Position numbers and translations under genes: made by a program. Below the pieces are notes generated by a model, which saw nothing but the letters and a program-made list of their open reading frames with translations, had not been told where the DNA came from and made no database searches. DNA of 64,000 nucleotides from Bacteroidia bacterium (GTDB taxonomy: Bacteria > Bacteroidota > Bacteroidia > Bacteroidales > Prolixibacteraceae): the NCBI GenBank assembly GCA_025358025.1, contig JANYKW010000089.1, positions 18,629 through 82,628 of the forward strand, written 5' to 3'. Each line of letters opens with the position of its first letter. The stretch's first letter is position 1. Shown here piece by piece: positions 54,453 to 63,514 of the stretch.

Positions 54453-56117
54453 ATGAATAGAACCATTGCAGTCCCGTTTCTCATTTTATTATTGAATTTA
54501 TTCTCCGTTAATAGTTATGCCTCATCCTTTACACAGAATGAAAAGCCTATCAGGGTGCTCATTCTCAGTGGGGCCAACAATCATGAATGGAGAAAAACAA
54601 CTCCATTACTGGACCGGATATTCGATGAAGCAAAACTCTTTGCAACACAGATTTGCAACAAACCGGATACTTTGACCTATTCAACACTTAAAAAATTCGA
54701 TCTGATTGTCAGTAATGCAAATACCTGGCCTGATAACCAGGTACGAATGAGCGTGCAATGGGAGACTGATTTCCTGAAATATGTAACAGAAGGTGGTGGG
54801 GCACTATTTTTTCATGCGGGAGCCTCTTCTTTTTACAGCTGGGATGAATACTTCCGTATCGGGATAGGCAGATGGGGAAAAGAGACCTTTCACAATGCTC
54901 CCATTGTTGCCAAAATTTACGATTTCGATAAGAAGCATCCGATTACCAAAGGATTAAAGGGTTTTCAGATCATGGATGAGATCTGGGAGAAAACAGAACT
55001 TTACAAAGGAGCACAAACTATTGGTTCACTGAAAGCTACCAATGCTAAAGATGGTCATCCGATTGATGAGCCTGCTTTTTTTGTAAATCAGACCGGTAAA
55101 GGAAGAAGTTTCTTTACCATGCTGGGCCATGATGAACGGGCACTCGTCAACTCCGGGCTCCGAACCATTCTTTTGCGCGCAGCACAGTGGTGCGCTGGCA
55201 GGGAAGTGACCATTCAACCTCCTGCTGAAATTAACCTGAAGATTAAATCAACAAAACCTCATTATAGCTGGAATGAAACAGATACAACCTTCGCGTTACT
55301 GAACAACAAAGAGACCGTATGGCAATTCAATTATAACGATAGATTCCAAAGACCTTATTTCCACCCGCTTACAGTCGAAAATACGATGATTACCTGTGTG
55401 TCTCCTCCCGATCATCCCTGGCATCTGGGATTGTGGTTTTGCTGGAAATATATCAACAAATTAAACTACTGGGAATATCTTACCGAAAACAGATCCGCCA
55501 AAACTGGATATAAATCGGAGGGTGCAACTGAAATAGTTGATATCACACTCATGCGTAATCCGGATTTCACTTCCGATATCAGCTTAAAAATCAACTATCA
55601 TCCACTTAAAACAGGAGCAACCGTTTTAACTGAAGAACGCCGTTACCACATCACCCTGCCGGAGCAAGATGGCAGTTACATGATAGCTGAAGACCATTTG
55701 CTACAAGCAATAGCTGACAGCGTAATACTTGATCGAACTCCACCGGCAAAAATTGCCAGTGGAAGAATATCCGGCGGATATGCAGGGATGTCGGTCAGAT
55801 TTAACCAGGATTTTACTTCACCGGAATTCCACTCCTCAGCCGATAGTGCCGAATGTGCCAAATGCAACTGGCTCTACTATGGATTTCACAGTGTGACAGA
55901 TAAAAAAGTGGGGATCATGATCGAACAGGATCCCCAATATACCCCTGAATCATGCAGGTGGTATACCATCAACGATCCGTTAATACCTTTTTACTACTAC
56001 AGTCCTGCCATACTTTTCGACCACAAGGTAATCCTAAAAAAAGGGGAAACCATGAGGTTGAAGTATAAGATCAGGATGATTGCAGGAGAACTCCGGAAAG
56101 AAAAGTACTTAAAGTGA
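54453..56117 (+). CDS. ThuA-like domain fused to a DUF6807 (PmoA-like) domain, secreted
   Basis: I place the start at the ATG for MNRTIAVPFLILLLN (the track uses an upstream TTG at 54432). The N-terminal half, IRVLILSGANNHEW...GGGALFFHAGASS...HPITKGL...GKGRSFFTMLGHD...AAQWCAGR, is ThuA-like. The C-terminal half, RPYFHPLTVEN...PPDHPWHLGLWFCWKYINKLNYWE, is DUF6807-like. Confidence 0.7.
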   Translation: MNRTIAVPFLILLLNLFSVNSYASSFTQNEKPIRVLILSGANNHEWRKTTPLLDRIFDEAKLFATQICNKPDTLTYSTLKKFDLIVSNANTWPDNQVRMSVQWETDFLKYVTEGGGALFFHAGASSFYSWDEYFRIGIGRWGKETFHNAPIVAKIYDFDKKHPITKGLKGFQIMDEIWEKTELYKGAQTIGSLKATNAKDGHPIDEPAFFVNQTGKGRSFFTMLGHDERALVNSGLRTILLRAAQWCAGREVTIQPPAEINLKIKSTKPHYSWNETDTTFALLNNKETVWQFNYNDRFQRPYFHPLTVENTMITCVSPPDHPWHLGLWFCWKYINKLNYWEYLTENRSAKTGYKSEGATEIVDITLMRNPDFTSDISLKINYHPLKTGATVLTEERRYHITLPEQDGSYMIAEDHLLQAIADSVILDRTPPAKIASGRISGGYAGMSVRFNQDFTSPEFHSSADSAECAKCNWLYYGFHSVTDKKVGIMIEQDPQYTPESCRWYTINDPLIPFYYYSPAILFDHKVILKKGETMRLKYKIRMIAGELRKEKYLK

Positions 56118-56146
56118 CTAATTAAAAACTACTATTACTAAAAACG

Positions 56147-57526
56147 ATGGAAAAAATTGAAAAAAACAGTAAAGGCAAACAAACCCGCCGCTCCTTCCTG
56201 AATACCTCAGGCAAAATTGCATTGGGTGGTGTAATCCTCCCAACCGTATTGACCTCTTGTTCCCATTGGAAAGGTGCCAACGACCGTTTGGTTGTGGGAC
56301 ATATCGGAGCAGGACAAAGGGGTACAGGCGAATTAATGGATTATTTTGTACCCTTGCGGGAGGCTATGAATATCGCTATTTGCGATACTTTTAAAGACCG
56401 CCGGGAGAGTGCAGCACAACGAATCAACGAGTTTTACAAAGAGAATAAATTTACCTCCGATAATTGCAAGACCTATCTGGATATGGATGAGCTTCTTGCA
56501 AGAAAAGATATTGATGCAGTACACATCACCACGCCCGACCACTGGCATTTACTGGCAGCTATCAAAGCTGCCAGGGCAGGAAAGCACATCATGCTTGCCA
56601 AACCCCTTGGACTAAGCTATCCACAATGCCTGGTCCTGGCGAAGGAATTGAAAACCAACCATGTAAAATTTCATTACGGCACACAGCAGCGTTCGCTGGA
56701 TCACATGCAGATGGGACACGACATGATCCGGGAAGGGCTTATCGGAGAAATCCAACATGTTGATGTATGGGCCCCTGGATTAAATGATGTGCCTTCACCT
56801 GTATGCAACGAGGTACCGGTTCCAGCTGGTTTCGACTTTGACCGCTGGACTGGTCCGGCTCCAATGAGACCCTATTGTCCAGACCGCGTAACCAATAACA
56901 GCTCATGGTTTAACAACGATTACAGCATCGGATTCCTGGGAGGTTGGGGGGCACACCCACTGGACATCCTGGTGTGGATATTAAAAGATCAAGTCAGCGA
57001 TAGTTACAGTTGCGAAGGAACAGGTCAGTTCTGGCAGCCGGGAGGTTTGTACAACAACGTACTTTCCTGGGATCTTACCTGCAAATACCAAAGGGGACTT
57101 GAGGTTCACTTTATGAGCGGAGATGTTGCTTCCAACACCATTCTGAAAGACAGGGTTATAAAAGAGTCAAACGGAACTACTTTCTTCGGAACAAAAGGCT
57201 GGATATCGCTTAGCCGCTCTTCCGTGGAGTCCAGTATTCCGGAGTTAAATCAAAAACTGAACAGCGTCCCCAAACAAGCCAATGGCAGGGTAAAGGGCGA
57301 AAATAACACCATGGGACAGCGCTTTCTTTCTGTTGTCAGAGGGAAAGAGCCTGAATTGTGTCCATTGGATGAAGCAATCATCTCGGATACCATCAGCCAC
57401 ATGGGAGATATAGCTATCCGGACGGGCCGCAAAGTCATCTGGGATCCAATGAAGGGAGAAGTTAGCGGAGACCCTGAAGCAAACAAATTGTATATCAGAG
57501 AGATGAGAGCTCCATATACCATTTAA
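56147..57526 (+). CDS. Gfo/Idh/MocA-family oxidoreductase with twin-arginine signal and lipobox-like cysteine
   Basis: 459 aa with KQTRRSFLNTSGKIALGG...LTSC, VVGHIGAGQRG, DAVHITTPDHWH and GKHIMLAKP. Confidence 0.85.
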   Translation: MEKIEKNSKGKQTRRSFLNTSGKIALGGVILPTVLTSCSHWKGANDRLVVGHIGAGQRGTGELMDYFVPLREAMNIAICDTFKDRRESAAQRINEFYKENKFTSDNCKTYLDMDELLARKDIDAVHITTPDHWHLLAAIKAARAGKHIMLAKPLGLSYPQCLVLAKELKTNHVKFHYGTQQRSLDHMQMGHDMIREGLIGEIQHVDVWAPGLNDVPSPVCNEVPVPAGFDFDRWTGPAPMRPYCPDRVTNNSSWFNNDYSIGFLGGWGAHPLDILVWILKDQVSDSYSCEGTGQFWQPGGLYNNVLSWDLTCKYQRGLEVHFMSGDVASNTILKDRVIKESNGTTFFGTKGWISLSRSSVESSIPELNQKLNSVPKQANGRVKGENNTMGQRFLSVVRGKEPELCPLDEAIISDTISHMGDIAIRTGRKVIWDPMKGEVSGDPEANKLYIREMRAPYTI

Positions 57527-58914
57527 ACCATTGCCTTTGCATCGTCGAACTCTCCTTCCCATCTGGCTATCACGGTAGTTGCAAGGCAATTCCCGATGAC
57601 ATTAACCCCTGTTCTGGCCATATCCAGCAGCACATCTATGCCCAGAATAATCATCACCGGCTCTACCGGCAGTCCAAAAGTGGATACCGTACCCAACAGG
57701 ATCACAAACGACGCCCTGGATACGCCGGCTACCCCTTTGCTGGTAAGCATAAGGGTGAGTGCTATCGCCAACTGTTTTTCGATGGAGAGATCTATTCCTG
57801 CTGCCTGAGCGACAAAAACTGCTGCCAGGGAAAGATAGAGTGTAGAACCATCGAGGTTAAAACTGTATCCTGTTGGGATCACAAAAGAGACAATTTTTCG
57901 GGGTACCCCGAAAGCCTCCATGGATTCCATGGCTGACGGAAGTGCGGATTCTGAGTTGGCAGTAGCAAAAGCAATAGAGGCAGGTTTGGATACCGCTGCC
58001 ATAAATTTCAAAACAGGAATCCTGAAAAGCAGGGCAACCGGAAACAAAACAAGCAACAGAAAAGCAATTAGCGCGACATATAAAGTTGCCAGCAGCTTAA
58101 GAAGGGTAAACAACACATCAGTACCCAGGTGACCAATTGTGAAGGCGATGGAGGCAAATACGGCCACCGGCGCGAAATACATGACTATTCCTGTGAATTT
58201 GAACATGATCTCCGTCAGGCTTGAGGTAAACTTCAACATCGGCGTTTTATATTTTTCCCCAAGCATGGAAAGTGCTATGCCGAAAATGATGCTGAAGATT
58301 ACGATTTGAAGGATATTTCCTTCTGCAATTGCCTTGGCAATATTCTCGGGAAAAATATGCAGAATAAACTCCTGGGTGGTCTGCATTTTAGGCACTGTAA
58401 CCGGCATACTGCTATTCATTGCGGAGAGATTGATCCCCACACCTGCTTTTGAAATATTGATTGCAATTAAACCGATGAAAAGCGCAAGAGTCGAAGCTAC
58501 CTCAAAATACAGCAAAGATTTCCACCCCATTCTGCCTACCTGTTTCAGATCCGTATGCCCGGCGATACCATTTACCAGTGTAGCAAATAACAAGGGCGCA
58601 ATAATAGTTTTGATCATGCGCAGGAAAATCTCACTTAGAAACTGCAAAGACCCGCCTACACGGGGAAAGTCGTATCCGAATTCCGCTCCGGCAACCAAAC
58701 CAAAGAGGATCCAGATAGTAAGTGATTTTTTCCGCCAGGCTGAGACTCCGAAAGCAAGGATGGTAATGATCCTGCAACCGGTTAACAGTTGGTTACCAAA
58801 TTCGACCAGGTGAAAAGATTTCAAAAAAGAGCAAAATACTGTAATCGTTAAAGAGACGATCAGAAACAAAGAAACCCAATGAAGGGAATTTGCTGGCTTT
58901 AGTTTATTTTCCAA
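57523..58914 (-). CDS. Dicarboxylate/amino acid:cation symporter (DAACS/GltP family)
   Basis: 463 aa, polytopic. MIKTIIAPLLFATLV, SSEAT-like ATANSESALP, and the NLDGSTLY and VLLDMARTGVNVIGN segments are typical of SDF transporters. The ORF opens with TTG, so the exact start is uncertain. Confidence 0.8.
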   Translation of the reverse strand: MENKLKPANSLHWVSLFLIVSLTITVFCSFLKSFHLVEFGNQLLTGCRIITILAFGVSAWRKKSLTIWILFGLVAGAEFGYDFPRVGGSLQFLSEIFLRMIKTIIAPLLFATLVNGIAGHTDLKQVGRMGWKSLLYFEVASTLALFIGLIAINISKAGVGINLSAMNSSMPVTVPKMQTTQEFILHIFPENIAKAIAEGNILQIVIFSIIFGIALSMLGEKYKTPMLKFTSSLTEIMFKFTGIVMYFAPVAVFASIAFTIGHLGTDVLFTLLKLLATLYVALIAFLLLVLFPVALLFRIPVLKFMAAVSKPASIAFATANSESALPSAMESMEAFGVPRKIVSFVIPTGYSFNLDGSTLYLSLAAVFVAQAAGIDLSIEKQLAIALTLMLTSKGVAGVSRASFVILLGTVSTFGLPVEPVMIILGIDVLLDMARTGVNVIGNCLATTVIARWEGEFDDAKAMV

Positions 58915-59225
58915 GGTTTAACAGTTTTTTTTCACAATGAATCCTTACCAAAGATAATTATTCTCGTCAATTTACCTATGCCCCTTGCTCTATGCCCCAG
59001 GCACCCTGCCCACTTCCAATAACCTTGCCCCTTGTTTTGCCGTATGGTTGGTATAAATTTGCGCTTCAAATAAAAAAGGATATGGACTTCAAAAATCTCT
59101 CAATAGACCATCCCAAAATGGAATACCGCCACTTTGGAAAACCAATAAGATGGTGAGCGTCATTGCGCTTGGTGGAATTCTGCTTCAACATTCCAATAAA
59201 ACTTCAATTGGTTCATATAATAACC

Positions 59226-60917
59226 CTATTTTTGAAGTATTACGTCATTCTGCAATACCTGGCCGCGTTCCAGCAACTTATCCTTCAGCGTGTTGTAAGA
59301 TACAGCCTGAACTGCTTGCCCCCTATCGATTGCCAGCGAGGCAGCTACGGCGGCCGATTGTCCAAGGATCATAAATACAGGTTCCATCCGGATGGAACCG
59401 TAAGCGATATGACTTGCAGACATGCATACAGGGACCAGCAAATTGGTACATTCATCCTTCTTTGGAATAATCGATCCATACGAAATCGAATAGGGACCTT
59501 TCAGATGTACCTGAACATCGCCCTCATTCTGAACTTTTTCTTCTTTGGTCACATAGCGCTGCACATTGTGAGAATCCATCCCATAAGACCCCATCCCTAC
59601 CGGATCAGGTACCGCTTTTTTGTTGGTCACCTCATTTTCTGTTGTTACATTCACCCCTATCATCCTTCGTGCTTCACGGATATAGAGTTGCCGGGGCCAG
59701 TACCCATTGTCAGCGAATTCGTCACCTGCCAGGCCCCATTTACTCATCTTGCTCCTCACCTCTTCAGATACCCGGGTATCGTTGCTCAGAAAGTAGAATA
59801 ATCCTTTCTGGTATCTTTCGTGTGCAGCAATGATCTCTTTCCTTTTTGCATAGGAGGCTTCCGGATAATCATAGCTTCCACCTATGAAATCGCTGCTAAA
59901 AGGTCCATGGTTGTTGGTATCCGTCTTTCGGTTTGGAATCATGTCATATTTTGCAAACCAGTCCATCCATCCGGTATCCAGGACCCTGGCTACCAGCTCG
60001 TAATTCGTCGGATCATAGCTTTCAGGCTTCGGAAACGGAATCCGGTTATCCGGATGGTTACTCAGACACAGCCGGAAGCAGTAAGCCTGTACCTTTTTGT
60101 CACCCAAACAGTTTGGGGAAACTGGCTCAGCGGATATTCCAAAGAGCAGGCCACTCTCTTTTCTGCCGGATACCTTGTATGGATCAATCGGATCCTTGAA
60201 AAAATGTCCCCTCTCCCTGATATCGGCTTGCACTCCATTATATGTCTCATTATAAACAGAACATGCTTCGCGACCTACAAAATAGGAGACACCGGCAGTT
60301 GCCATCAGGTCTCCTTCATAGGTGGCATCAATAAACATTTTTCCGGCAACAGTGATGCCTGACAAAGTTTTGATGGATACAATCTTCCCGTTAACTTTCT
60401 CAACTCCCTTCTCACGGTCAAGCCACTCATCCCGCAGTACCCTGATGTTGTTCTCCTTTACCAGCTCTTCAAAAACCGACTCAGCCACGTGCGGTTCAAA
60501 GATCCACATCGTCCGGCTTTCGCCATCCATCGCTACTGTTCCCTGACCTTTGTTCCCAAATTCCGAATGTTTTTCCCATTTCCAGGCAGCAGCATCGTTG
60601 TAACGAAGCCAGACCCTGTGGTAAAATTCGCGCGACAATCCACCGATCACAGACTTATTTCCGGTATCGGTAAAACCAAGTCCACCCGATGAGAGTCCTC
60701 CCAAATGGGTATCCGGAGAAACCACAAGAACCGTTTTCCCTGAGTGAACAGCCTCAACAGCAGCAATGACAGCTGCCGAGTTACCACCATAGACAACGAT
60801 ATCAGCAGTATAAGCTTTGGTTTTGCTTTGGGCAAAAGAGTTTGTGATGTTACTTACTAAAGCGCAGGCAAGCAGGCTCAAAGCCAAAAACCGAATAGCG
60901 AAATTTGTTTTTTCCAT
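59226..60917 (-). CDS. Secreted FAD-dependent oxidoreductase (FAD_oxidored/PF12831-like)
   Basis: 563 aa with a signal peptide ending NSFAQS and the dinucleotide-binding start DIVVYGGNSAAVIAAVEA. No further specific motifs were recognised. Confidence 0.65.
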   Translation of the reverse strand: MEKTNFAIRFLALSLLACALVSNITNSFAQSKTKAYTADIVVYGGNSAAVIAAVEAVHSGKTVLVVSPDTHLGGLSSGGLGFTDTGNKSVIGGLSREFYHRVWLRYNDAAAWKWEKHSEFGNKGQGTVAMDGESRTMWIFEPHVAESVFEELVKENNIRVLRDEWLDREKGVEKVNGKIVSIKTLSGITVAGKMFIDATYEGDLMATAGVSYFVGREACSVYNETYNGVQADIRERGHFFKDPIDPYKVSGRKESGLLFGISAEPVSPNCLGDKKVQAYCFRLCLSNHPDNRIPFPKPESYDPTNYELVARVLDTGWMDWFAKYDMIPNRKTDTNNHGPFSSDFIGGSYDYPEASYAKRKEIIAAHERYQKGLFYFLSNDTRVSEEVRSKMSKWGLAGDEFADNGYWPRQLYIREARRMIGVNVTTENEVTNKKAVPDPVGMGSYGMDSHNVQRYVTKEEKVQNEGDVQVHLKGPYSISYGSIIPKKDECTNLLVPVCMSASHIAYGSIRMEPVFMILGQSAAVAASLAIDRGQAVQAVSYNTLKDKLLERGQVLQNDVILQK

Positions 60918-61041
60918 CGAAGAGAAATTATCAATAAAAATTATTCTATTATATTAATTATAAGGATCTTATCATCCCGGAATGCATTATTTTGGGAGTG
61001 CAATTACTACTTATGACAGTGCATATCTCATGTCTCTATTC

Positions 61042-61815
61042 TCATTTCTTGTACACTTTCACATAATCCACCACAAAAACATCCGGAAAAACTGTTTTTT
61101 CTATCTCCTTTGGGTCACCGGGAAATTCCATGCTAAGAATCATATATTCCCCGATATTTGAGATTCCTTTATTTACCTCATAAAACCTGTATCCATCCAC
61201 ATAGAAGATATACTTATCAGGAAACCACTCCAGTGCAAACGTGTGGAATCCTTCACTCACGCCCTTTAAATAACTTTGCATTCCGTGGGTCGTCTGCTGG
61301 TGAGGACCATAAGCCCAGTGAACGTTGTGGGATACAATGTCTGTTCCCAGCTTTTTGAAAAACTCCATGACATCAATTTCAGCACCATAAATGGCAGGAT
61401 CTTCTCCCTGCGATATCTGCTTTGACTGGATCCAGAAGGCTCCCCACACGCCTGGAGATTTTTGGAGTTGTGCACGACATTCGTAATATCCATATTTAGC
61501 CATAAACAGATCCTGGGTTCCGACAGCGCTACTTAGCAAAGTATCTCCCCTTTTCATCGCAAACAGTTTAAGGTAGCCATCCTCTACTTTGACAGCCTCC
61601 CTGGATACCCAGTCAAGCCTCCGTTTGCCAAGGCCACGGACCTTCCATTTTGTTGTATCCAGCTGATTTCCGTCAAAATTATCTTCCCAAATAAGAGAAT
61701 ATCCAAGTTCTTTGGGTGTATATTGCTTATGGGACATTGGTCCTTGCGCAGGTGCCTGAGCAAGGCAGACTATTGAAATAATTGAAATTGAGAAGATTAA
61801 TAATGACTTCTTCAT
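61042..61815 (-). CDS. Glycoside hydrolase family 16 protein (beta-glucanase/laminarinase-like)
   Basis: Catalytic motif GAEIDVMEF (ExDxxE) and a jelly-roll-sized mature protein. I place the start at MKKSLLIFSISII (cat at 61813-61815), which gives a clean signal peptide. The track ORF starts 17 codons upstream. Confidence 0.8.
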   Translation of the reverse strand: MKKSLLIFSISIISIVCLAQAPAQGPMSHKQYTPKELGYSLIWEDNFDGNQLDTTKWKVRGLGKRRLDWVSREAVKVEDGYLKLFAMKRGDTLLSSAVGTQDLFMAKYGYYECRAQLQKSPGVWGAFWIQSKQISQGEDPAIYGAEIDVMEFFKKLGTDIVSHNVHWAYGPHQQTTHGMQSYLKGVSEGFHTFALEWFPDKYIFYVDGYRFYEVNKGISNIGEYMILSMEFPGDPKEIEKTVFPDVFVVDYVKVYKK

Positions 61816-61995
61816 TTTTTCGATTGGTTTGTTAATTGGTTGAGCAATTACAGAGACTTTAATCATTCGTGAATAAAAATCTTCTGTAAAATAGTGAAAA
61901 ATTCATCATACCGATATGGATTTGAAGTTGAAGTTCCACCTTAATCTATGAATAATTCCATCCTAAATCGCTATTTTGCAAAAAACTATTTAGAG

Positions 61996-62187
61996 ATGCA
62001 AGGTCAGAACAGGAAAGAGATAAAAGTTGGTGCGGAAGTAGGGATTGTCCTGAAAGAAGATCAGCGGTCGGGCAGGATAACCGATGGAATAGTTCAGGAT
62101 ATCCTCACAAAAAGCATGCTTCACCCGCATGGGATAAAGGTAAGATTGACCACAGGGGAAGTTGGCAGGGTCAAATTGATCAGATAA
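61996..62187 (+). CDS. YwbE-family small protein
   Basis: GRITDGIVQDILTKSMLHPHGIKVRLTTGEVGRV matches the YwbE/TIGR03833 signature from memory. The internal Met (MQGQNRKEI) gives the family-typical ~63 aa. The alternative start is 61948. Confidence 0.7.
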   Translation: MQGQNRKEIKVGAEVGIVLKEDQRSGRITDGIVQDILTKSMLHPHGIKVRLTTGEVGRVKLIR

Positions 62188-62197
62188 ACCGTATTTA

Positions 62198-62671
62198 ATG
62201 ATGAAAACAGCCTCCCTGAAAGAGATTAAAACAGAACTGAACAGAGTTCATCCTGCACGGTTACTGGAGCTTTGTATTCAGATGGCCAAATATAAAAAAG
62301 AGAACAAGGAGCTCCTTACCTATCTCTTGTTTGATTCATATGATGAAAAAAGCTACATCGACGAGGTAAAATCTCAAATGGAGATGCATTTTAAGGAGAT
62401 AAGCAAAAGCAACTCCTATGTTGCAAAGAAATCCATCCGGAAAATTCTTGGAATGGTAAACAAACAGATCAAATATTCAGGTTCAAAGCAGACAGAAGTT
62501 GAACTGCTGATCCATTTTTGTAAAAACCTAAGAAAATCGGGTTTTACACTTCCCATGAACAGCGCCCTGGGGAACATCTATCGGAGACAAATTCAGAAAA
62601 TAAATAAATCTTTGGCCACGCTGCATGAAGATTTACAGTTCGATTATTCGGAAGAACTTCGCCTTCTGTAA
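62198..62671 (+). CDS. Hypothetical protein (helical, lysine-rich)
   Basis: 157-aa ORF 10 nt downstream of the YwbE-like gene on the same strand. No family was recognised. Confidence 0.55.
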   Translation: MMKTASLKEIKTELNRVHPARLLELCIQMAKYKKENKELLTYLLFDSYDEKSYIDEVKSQMEMHFKEISKSNSYVAKKSIRKILGMVNKQIKYSGSKQTEVELLIHFCKNLRKSGFTLPMNSALGNIYRRQIQKINKSLATLHEDLQFDYSEELRLL

Positions 62672-62689
62672 AATTACAGCGGGAAGTAA

Positions 62690-63331
62690 TTAATTTCGGG
62701 ATGCCAGGCTTCTTAAACTTTCCAAAGTTTTCAGTGGATTCATTACAATCACGCTATTGGCAACCCAGGCAGGAATCTCACCTTCCGGATCAGCATGAAA
62801 CTGATAAACCACCTGAATCGTGCTGGGGGCAACCTCCTCCAGATCCCAGAAACCGGTTCCATTGTGCACACGAACATAATTTTTGTCTTCCGCCTTGTAA
62901 TCACCGCGTGGAGTCAGCTTAACCTGGGCATGCTTCCCATTGTCTGAGAACGAGGTGGCAGCCTCATAAATGGCATCCCTGTCAGCAACAGGCCAGGGTG
63001 CTTTAATGGTAATATAATGGATGTCGTCATATTTACTTTTTTGCACCAAAACTTGTGCAGAACCACAATTTGGAAAATTTTTGGGGTAATTCTTTACATC
63101 CATAATTACATCAAGTACCCCGGTCAATGATGTATTGGTGATGGTAACGACTCCCCTGAACTCTTCAAACGGAGAACCTTCTATATTCCGGGTAAAAATT
63201 TTGACCCCTGCATCTTCTTTTCGCAGTTTCCAGTCTGTTTTTACACTCTCGTTAAAGCTGAGAAGCATAAAACCGGCCAACATTAATCTAATAAACAACA
63301 TACAATTCAAAATTATATCAGGATCTGACAT
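62690..63331 (-). CDS. START/SRPBCC-like lipid-binding domain protein
   Basis: 213 aa with a hydrophobic N-terminus. WKLRKEDAGVKIFTRNIEGSPFEEFRGVVTI... followed by ~170 aa has START-domain length and pattern. The family call is moderate. Confidence 0.5.
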   Translation of the reverse strand: MSDPDIILNCMLFIRLMLAGFMLLSFNESVKTDWKLRKEDAGVKIFTRNIEGSPFEEFRGVVTITNTSLTGVLDVIMDVKNYPKNFPNCGSAQVLVQKSKYDDIHYITIKAPWPVADRDAIYEAATSFSDNGKHAQVKLTPRGDYKAEDKNYVRVHNGTGFWDLEEVAPSTIQVVYQFHADPEGEIPAWVANSVIVMNPLKTLESLRSLASRN

Positions 63332-63514
63332 TCCTGCGCATGAACAAATCCCTGCTATTATACCTGATGATCATGATCTAACTACAGGCTGCAAAAATAA
63401 TCAACTTTTTTAATTGCTTTTTATACAGGGCTGATAATTAATGTAATCTTAAGTTTAACTACAGATTATACGCACATGCTGATATTTGGTTTCAGCACAG
63501 TTTACAGGATTTTT

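Noticed and set aside
59163-60362. Plus-strand ORFs of 212 aa (59163-59801) and 180 aa (59820-60362)
   Set aside because: They lie entirely antisense to the 563-aa FAD-oxidoreductase gene. They have low-complexity composition and no recognisable motifs, so they are shadow ORFs.
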